From a bacterium (GTDB lineage Bacteria; Planctomycetota; Planctomycetia; Kolteriales; Kolteriaceae), in contig JAIEPU010000111.1 of NCBI GenBank assembly GCA_019748235.1, forward strand, positions 1,565 to 65,564: a DNA stretch of 64,000 nucleotides, given 5' to 3'. The notes under the pieces are model-generated. The model did not search any database. It had not been told where the DNA came from and saw nothing but the letters and a program-made list of their open reading frames with translations. The translations under genes and the position numbers were made by a program. Shown in pieces: positions 39,301 through 48,300 of the stretch (the first letter of the stretch is position 1; the number at the start of each line of letters is the position of its first letter).

Positions 39301-42300
39301 ACCCTGCGGGATCGAGATCGGTCCTGGAGGAGTAAAGGATACGACGAACTCGGTCGTTCCCGATGCCCGATTGGGACGAAGCTGGTTACCTTGTGCGTCG
39401 AGAATTCCCGTGGCCGAATTGTCGAGCTTGATGTCGTATTGACCTGGCTGGAAATCAGATCCGACCGAAGCGATCGTGATGATATCCGTCGTCGGTTGAT
39501 AGACGAAGGCGTAGTCGACTCCCTGTTGAAGGAGGACGCCGTCGCGAGTAACGACAACCTTTGATGCAGTGACGGTCGAATCATTAATCGCGAAGCCGAC
39601 CTGTCCCAAGAGGATCTGGAACTGGTTGACCGCCGTCTGCGAATAGAACAGCACATTGTTCGGCGTCGGATCTTTGTCCTGGCTCGATCCATCGAGTGGA
39701 TCGACGAGCGAAGCAACCGGTCCAGGCGCCGCGATCGAGACAAAGAAGGTGGTCGTTCCATCCGCTTGATTCGGCTGCAAACGATTCCCCGCCAAATCCC
39801 GGATACCGGTGGCAAGGGTATTGTCGAGAACCACCTTGTAATCCGCGGGCACCTTCGTCAAATCCGTGAGCACGAGCGAGATCGTCGATGTGCCGGAGTT
39901 GTAGCTGAAGTTGTAATCGGTTCCGCGCACCAAGAGGACGCCGCCGCGGTATAGCTTCACGGTGGATGCCGTCACGGTCGAGGCATTGATGGCGGCGGCA
40001 TCTTGTTTGAGCAAGATATCGATCTTGGGCAATCCACTGGTGCTGACGACCTGAACGTGATTGGCCAGCGGATCATTGTCTGAAGAGCCGTTATCGAGCG
40101 GCGCGGAAACGACTCCAACCGGCCCCGCCAGTAACAGGTTCGCATTAAACGCGACGGTGCCGTTATTGCGGTTCGGTTGAATCGGATTGCCGTTATTATC
40201 GAGGATTCCGCCATCCTGAGTATTGTTGATCAGGATGGAGTATTGGCCGGGAACGAAGAGTTGGCCAACCGACGTCAGGCGAATCTTGTCCGTCGTTGAG
40301 TCATAACTGAAGACGTAATCCGATCCGAGCGTGAGCTGGACGCCATTCTTTAGCAGAGTGACCTTCGTTGCGTCGACCGTTGAATCCTTAATTCCACCGA
40401 CGCCACCAGCCAGCGTGACTTCCAGTGTCGTCAGACCCTGCGCTGTCTTCACGGTGACGTCGTTGGCGGCTGTATTCAAATCGCTTGGACCGCCATCCTG
40501 CGGCGCGGTGAGAACACCGGTCGGACCGGTGAGAACGATCGAGACGTTGAATACCGTCTTCTTGTCCGAGGTATTCGACTGTACCGGATTTCCCGCCTTG
40601 TCAAGGATACCGGTGGCAGAGTTGTTCAGTGCGATCTGATAAGTGCCCGCGCGGAACTGAGCTCCCGCCGAAGTGAGCACGATCACGTCACGGGCCAGGT
40701 CATACTTGAAGGTATAATCGACCCCTTGGACAAGGGTTTGACTTCCGAGCGTAAGCACCACGTCATTGGCGGCGATGCTTTGCTGATCGATCCCCGATCC
40801 CATGAGGTCAACCAAGCCGACTTCAAATTTCGACGTTCCGAATCCGGCAGTGATCGCCACGCTGCCGAGCGCGGAATTAGTGTCGCCCGGTCCGTTGTCT
40901 TGTGGTGTGACTAGGAATGCATAAGGACCGAGGAAGTCGGCACGTTCAATCGCACCACGATCCTTGAAGGTGTTGCTTCCAAGTCCTGGAGGAGACGTGA
41001 CGCTGGCATCATCGACCCGCTTCTGACCATTTCGGTCATCATCAGGCGCGACGATCGGCGACGGCGACATGCCGAGGGCCATCCGCACGTTCATGATGCC
41101 AATGCGGTCGTCGAGCGAATTATTCGCACTGTCGACGGCGAGATTAGGATTCGCGGCCGTCCCTGGACGAAGCTGGAAATTGCCTCGGGCGGCGTCGACG
41201 AAGATCGGGCTCGTGGTCGCCTGGATCAAATCATAATTTCCAAGAGCGCCCCCCTGCTTATTGGTGACGTTCCCCTGGAAAAGGTTCGAAAGTTCCTGGG
41301 TGGCGGACTGTGACGTGGCATCCACGCGAATTCCGGTCTGAGTGCTCGCGATGATGTTATTCATCAGGGTTGGAGCGGCACTGTTCAATACGTCGATGCC
41401 GATCCCTGTCGCGGTCACTCCTCCCCAGATCGAGTTATTCACGATGCGGCCGAACGGAATCGGAGAAAGAGGGCTGCCGTTCGCATTGACGACGCCGGCA
41501 AAGCGGATGCCCGCGTCGACAAAGTTCGAGATCACGTTGTTCGTGAGAACCGTTCCCGGAACTTGCCGCGTCGAATTGAGCCCCGGTACGTTCCGAATAC
41601 CGCCTGGAGCGGTGAGATCGGTGCTCGAATCGCGATCCGACAGCTTGACGTCAATACCAACTTGGGAAACGTTACTGATCGAGTTGTTCGTGATCAGAAT
41701 CATTCCCTGAAGCCGTTCGAGGTTGGAGTCGCCGAGTTCGCTGTAGAAGCCCGAACGTCCAAGCTCAACGCCGTAATGCTTGAAGATTCCCGCAGTGCCC
41801 AGAATGCTGAGGATGTCAACCTTGGCGGCGTTGAACAGGGTAACGATATTCGACTTCGGATTTGGCTGATTCCCCGACTTCTCGAGGTTCAGCGTCGTCG
41901 CGTTAACCTTCAAAACCTTGCCGAGCGTGACGACACTATTGATCGCGTTCGCGAGGGCGTCAGCGACTCGCGAATCGTCCATAGTGTCATCGATTTCGAC
42001 CTGAACACGACCGGCTCCGACGGCCACTCCCCGCCGCGCGAATTCGAAGCCAATGGTGTTGTAGCCATCCGAAATCGTGAAGCCGGTCCCATTGGCGATT
42101 TGATTTCCTGCCTTCAGGGCGATGCTCCAACCGTTCGACAACCGGTCATTGGTGTCGAAAGAAGTCGCGCCAGTGATGTCGAGAGGAGCAGGCTTTCCGG
42201 GAGGCGCCGCATTTTCGAGAGTGACTTTTCCGAACTCCGTGCCGCGGCGAATTTCGAGCTGATAAGCGCCGACGAGTTGAGGAACGGGATCATTGGGATT

Positions 42301-45300
42301 GGTGGATTTCGGCAATGTTTGGAAATCGGACGACTCACTTGTCGCGGTATTGGTCGCACGAGTCACCATCTCGCCCCGCTCAGCGAAGCCGATGATGATG
42401 TCGTCGATGAAAACGCCGCGGTGATTGTTGTTCTGTCCCTTTTCGATCGATTCGAAATTGCCGAATGCATCCCCCTCCAAGTACTCGGGGATGGTGCGAT
42501 CATTCAGATTCGTCATTCCCACTTGAGAAATCGAAACAAGATCGACATTCTGATTCTCAGACGGTGTAACCGAGTACTTGATGCCGAAATCTACAAGAGT
42601 GGAGGCAAAAAACACTGCTCTAGTGTTCCGAAGGCCGACGTTCAGCTCAACCGTATCTTTTGTCGCGAACTGAGAGCGATCGGCGATGGTCCCCAGATCA
42701 CCAATCGTCTGAGCCGTGTAGGTCTTGTTTGCTGAGTTGATGGCTGCCGCGATGGCAGCAGCGACGGCTGCGTTCGCCTGAGCGAGCGATCCATAGGAGG
42801 CGGCCACTTGCACCGCGGTAAATTCTGGCGAAACCGTACCCCCGACATCAACGAACTTGAAACTCGCCTGGCCTGTGCCATCCTGAAGCTGAGTAGTGAA
42901 AGTTGAACCCCACAATTTAGAAGTGTTCGTATCAAGCAAGTTGACTTTCATCTGTGCGGCTTGATCAGAATCGCCCGCCGTCGAGAAGTCAAACCTCAAC
43001 TTCAGATTGTCCATCCCCGCGAAGTCGCCGAGGTCAACTCGAACTTGTCGCCATCCTTGCTCATCAAACGTTTCTTGAATGCGTGCCTGCGAATCGTTCA
43101 ACGTATTGGTCAGGTTTTGATATTGGCCACCAGATTCGGTGTAGTGTCCTCCCAATTCTGATTTGCCGGTAGCCGTACCGAAATCAAGCGAGCGAGTGGA
43201 GTTATTCGTGGTTAATTCAAACCAATTAATTCCGTCATTGCTGATGTAGACGCGGAAGCTGTCTCTCATCGTATCCGCATTCGGAAGGTTATCCGTCTTC
43301 CCTGCAGCATTCTGTGTATCGAGATTGTAGTTAAAATAGAGCGTGGGTTTATCGAGCGCAGAGTAGCCCTTCAGGCTGAACGTATTGCTCGTCAACGATC
43401 CCGCGGCACCACCCGGCAAATTATAGGTATCGACGACGGCATCCCCGTTCGAACCCTGACCTCGGAAACGGTAGACGCTTGCGTTGAACATATTGACGAC
43501 AGCTTTGTCGCTATCTTTGAGATCAAGGCCAAATCGATAACTGGCAAGGCCGGCCGCATCATCAACCGCCTGAGTCAGCCCCGTAATTCGCGATCCGTCA
43601 TAGGTATCGTTTATGCCATGTCCTGGCGAAGTCGCTTCACGCAATGTTGGGTGCCAGAGATTGAAATCGAGTGTCGAGAAAGCGATGCCGTTGATGAGTG
43701 CTCCCGAGTTTGCAACATCGCCAATGGACTGCAATTTGACGCTCGATTTTCCACCAGCGAGGACGTTCGCCAGGACGGCCGTTGAGCCGGACACATCAAT
43801 GGCAAACATCCGACCATCGGTGGTCGTCGCGAAGAGAATCTTCGTGTACTTCCCTCCTTCCAGGTTGATCGGAGCACGGGTCAAGCTCTGGAATTCAAGG
43901 ACCTTGCTGCTGTCCGCCGGGTCGGCAAATTTCGTGAAGTTGCCCGATTTGCCGTCATTTCCATCGATCTGGATGATGTAGCCCTTATCCGTCGCCGCAT
44001 AGACCCGTTCCCCACCGCCAGCCGAACCATTGGCGGGATTGTAGTTCGGATAGACGGACGCAAGACCCCTTACAATACCGATTGTCTGGCCAGCGACTTC
44101 GATCGTACCTCGTGGTATGACAGTGGTTGAGAGAGGATCCACGGCTCCCGTATTGGGATTGGCCCAGTAGAACCGGTTGAGGTTATCGACATAGCGCAAT
44201 CTGAAGCCAGTGTTGTCGACGTCTGAAGGATCAAGTCCAAGGAAGGTCATCGCGGTGTAATCAGTGCCACCTAAAGTTTCACGAAGCGCAATACCGTCAT
44301 CACCGCGATTCGTCTTTCCCGCGTTCCCTGTATCAACGAGAACATAGTTGCCGGTTTGAGTGTCGTTGTTACCGCGGGTTTGAGTGAAGAGCAAACCGTC
44401 TGGACGCATGGCGATGTCATTGACCGACTGATTATTGAATGACAGGCTATTGTCACCAAAAGTCGTCTGCAGCGCGCCGGTGAACGGGTTGTACGTGAAG
44501 AGGGACGATCCACGCGACACGAAGAGGACGACATCCGACAGCGTGTAAGGGTTCGCGTTCGTGGCAACAGAATTCGGCGATCCCTGAATACTTCCGAAGA
44601 GAAGCTTTGAAGGATTCGTCGGAGCGCCGCTAGAACCACCACCACTCGGGCTAGTTAAGTAGTATCCCGCGTAACCGATGTGGTCTTCGACGACTCTTTT
44701 CATCGTGTTGACCGGTTCGAGGCGAACGAACGGGGTCGACGAATTGGCGTCATAGAACTGGCTGAGGACCTTCGGTGCGGTCGCCTTGGAGGAGACGGCG
44801 ACGTAATACGTCTGCGACGCGGAACCGACGCGGCCGGTAGGCAACTGGGCCGTGCCGATGTAGGCATCGTTCGCTCCGTAGGACCCGCCGTTCAGCGCAT
44901 TGGGGCTTCCCGCCGCATTCGTGCGATCGTCCGCGACGTTCGAATCATGTCCGACCAGGATCAAGTTCCCGTTCGCATCGAACACCGAAAGCGTCGTATC
45001 CGGACCGGTGATGCCGTCGGCATAATCGATGTCAAAGATGGCCGGCCAGCTCAAGCCGGCGGCATTCAGACCCGCGATCGTCTGAAGGAAATCGAAGTCG
45101 ACGGTGAACTGATACCAGTCGACGTCATTCAGGCTACTAAGGAAGCCTCCGACACTGATCGTGTTCCGATCAATGCCGAGCAAGTTGCCAAGCTTTTGGG
45201 CAGCTCCAAGCGAGTCGTTCTGTCCTGTTTGGCCCGGAGCTTCCTTGTCGGCCGCCTCTCCGGTGAGCGGAGAATGCAACGGCTGGCCAGCGACCGTGAT

Positions 45301-48300
45301 GCCATTTGTCGCGTAACGGATGTCGGCATATTGGATCGTCGTGCCGGGCTTCTGATCCACCTGCTGAAGACGGATATTGAGCTGATACTCACCTCGGCTG
45401 AGACCGGTTTGAGGATCGTTGATGTTCGACATCGTCGCGGTCGTCTGCGGATTCGAGCGGATTCGAACGTAGTAATCGAGCCGCTGACCGGACTGTCCGG
45501 GAAGGACAAGCCGCATCCCCGGATCTTTCGCATTGATCGAGTAGAAGTCATAGTTGTTCGCAGGATCTCCGCCGAGCGATGCATCCTTATCCATCGTCTG
45601 CGGGCCTGAGTTCGCGGGGAGCTGGAAGTTCTGATAAAGGCTCGATCCGTTCCCTTGCGATCGGGCGAGCACGCTCCCATTCACGTCGACGAGTTCCACG
45701 ATCGCATCGAGCGCGTACCGGGTCATGTCCACGTCGATCCAAACTTCACTTCCGGCCACGCCGCTGAATCGATAAACATCAGCATCGGTCGGGCTGTCGT
45801 AAGCAATGGAACCGTGGACTTGGAAGCCAAGCCGTGACGTATCGTCACCCGATTGAATATTGGCGGCGAGGTTCCCCAGGTACTCCGCCTTCGCCGGGGT
45901 GTTATTCGAGTTGGAAGTCCCGACGTAGGGCTTTTCCTTTTCGTAATAGATCGCGACATTGGTGTCGTTCGCATACTGCGTGACGTCGATGCTTCGCCAA
46001 TCACCGGCTGATGGAGCGGCACCGTTTCCGTTGATGAAGCTTCCGTCGTTATTGGTGTCGGTAACGACGTTGCCCTTCAAATCCAAACCCGCGCCGACGG
46101 AATCGTCCTTCAGCGAGGTCATGATGACTGAATACTTCGTCGATCCAAGGATATAAAGCGATCCGCCGATCCGGTCGTTGATGTCGATCGGCGTTCCCGT
46201 CACCGTGATGCCGGCTTCACCTAGCGCGGGCGAGGAGAGTAGCTTCACGACCAGACTTGCCGACTCACTGCTCTTCAGCATCAGGCCGTTATAAACGTGA
46301 AGGTTCGGGATGACGATTTCGTTCAGGACGATGTGAACGATATCCGTGTCGTCCCAGATGGTCTCGGTCGTCAGCGTCGCGCCGCGCACCACCATGCCGT
46401 TCAGGGCATTGCTCTGCAGGAAGTTTCCGCGAACGAGGGCGCCGTGATTGTCGTTGTACTGCGTGTAGGCGCTGGCAAAACCGGTGCTTCTGCCGGAATC
46501 ACCCTGCACCACCGTGGACATGGCGTCGGCATTGATGCTGACGGCTGGGCCGAGATTGTTCTGGAACGTGTTGGCAACGATGACGGGCTGCGCGTACTGG
46601 GTGTAAATGACACCTGAAGAGGTGACGCCCTTACCGTCGCGGTTCGGATCTTGATTGCTCGCCGACCCACCCCCCGCATTGAATCCGAAATAGCTATTGG
46701 CAATGCGGACCTTCGCCTGATGAATCTCGACCGCGTTGAACGTCGAGGACTTGCCGGTGATGTCTGACGCCCCACCCGCGTAAGTCATGCGCACATTGTC
46801 GAGTGAGCCGGACGAAGTCGGGCTGAAATAGACACCCGCCCAGTTCGCGGGAGCCGGCTTCGAATTCGAGTGATCACTCGTCGTGTCGAATGTTCCGCCG
46901 GCACCGTAGGTATCGTCCGCGACCGACGTCATGATGATCGGACGATCCGCCGTTCCCTCGGCAAGGAGAAGTGCCCCCATCTCCGCTTCAATGCGTGTAT
47001 TCGTGAACTTGAGGATAGCACCTGGATCGATGACGAGGCTGCCGGCGACCTTCGCCTTCACGCCGGAGATGAAGTACTTAATAGGGCCAAGTGCGACGGT
47101 GACGGTCGTATCGAGGTACGCGATCTTCTTCGCGCCGTCGTAGGAAAGAATCTTCGCCCTCGGGCCGGTCGTGCCGCCGAGCGTGATCGTCAGGCCGGTA
47201 TACTCCTCATCGTTCGATGAAGCTCCATCGTCGAGGATGACGTAATTCGGAGCGGCCATCTTCGCGACCGACCAATTTTTCACATCCGCGGAAAACGCCG
47301 TCGTGTAGTTGTAAAGGTTGCCCGCGGCCTGCGAGAGCAGAATGTTCTCGCCGATTACGTAGACCATGTCGAGCGTGCTGAAATGAGCGAAGCCGGTGAA
47401 TTCCTTGGTAGAGCCATCGACCGGAGTGATCGTCCGAACGAACAGGCCGTTGAAGCTGTTATCGTTGACGATGTTGCCGTGAATGTCGATTCCCTTGCGG
47501 CTGTAATCGACATTGAATGACTCGTACTTGCCGTAATCGGTCTCATTGAATGAGTCAGGGTCCGCGGAAATGGCGGCGCCGGCGTTGTTGACAATGATGT
47601 TATTCGTGATGGTTGGACGAACCCCTTCGACCGTGATCACGTCACGCTGAATGGGATTGCCGGTGTCGTTGACCGTTCCACCGCCGTAGGAAAGTGTCGC
47701 CTGGTTGACGTAGTTGAGGAAGATCCCCTGCTTCTCATAGTCCGCGCTCGAGCCGAAGACGACCCCGCCCCAATCCCCCGTGAAGGGATTGCTGACCGAG
47801 TTCGGCGCATCGCCCCCGACGGAATCATTATTGAGAGAAGTCAGAACGACGCGCGCATTCGGCGTACCGAGAATCTGTAGCGCGGCTCCACTTCGGTCGA
47901 CGTTGACGAGCGAATCACCGACGGTGATATTCGCCCCCGCCAGCTTGATGATCGTCCCTTGGTCAACCATCACGGTCACGCCCTGAGGAACGACGAGTTG
48001 GTTCCCGTCTGCACTTCCCTCCGCGATGATGTAGGGAGTGTTATCTTGAACGGTGCTGATATTGCCGTCCGTTCCGCCGTTCCCCTCGATGCGAACAATG
48101 TTCGGCGTCGTCAAGAGAGCGCTGCTCCCCGACAAGTCGATCGTGGGAGCATTCCCTGAGACGGTCGGAGCCAATGAAAGAATCGCCCCCGTAGCGTTGG
48201 CGCTCACACCAAAACCGGAAACGCCATTGATCGCGTTCGCGATCTTTGTGGCCAATTGAAGTGAAGTATCAGACGTGGCGAAGAGGATGCGTCGGCGCCC

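Noticed and set aside
41563-42735. 390-aa plus-strand ORF. Similar long plus-strand ORFs occur at 44680-45609, 39049-39564 and 48925-49425, all inside the giant gene.
   Set aside because: They lie antisense to an uninterrupted 14-kb ORF with recognisable domains. Their translations are Arg/Asp/Ile-rich low-complexity strings typical of shadow ORFs in GC-rich coding DNA.
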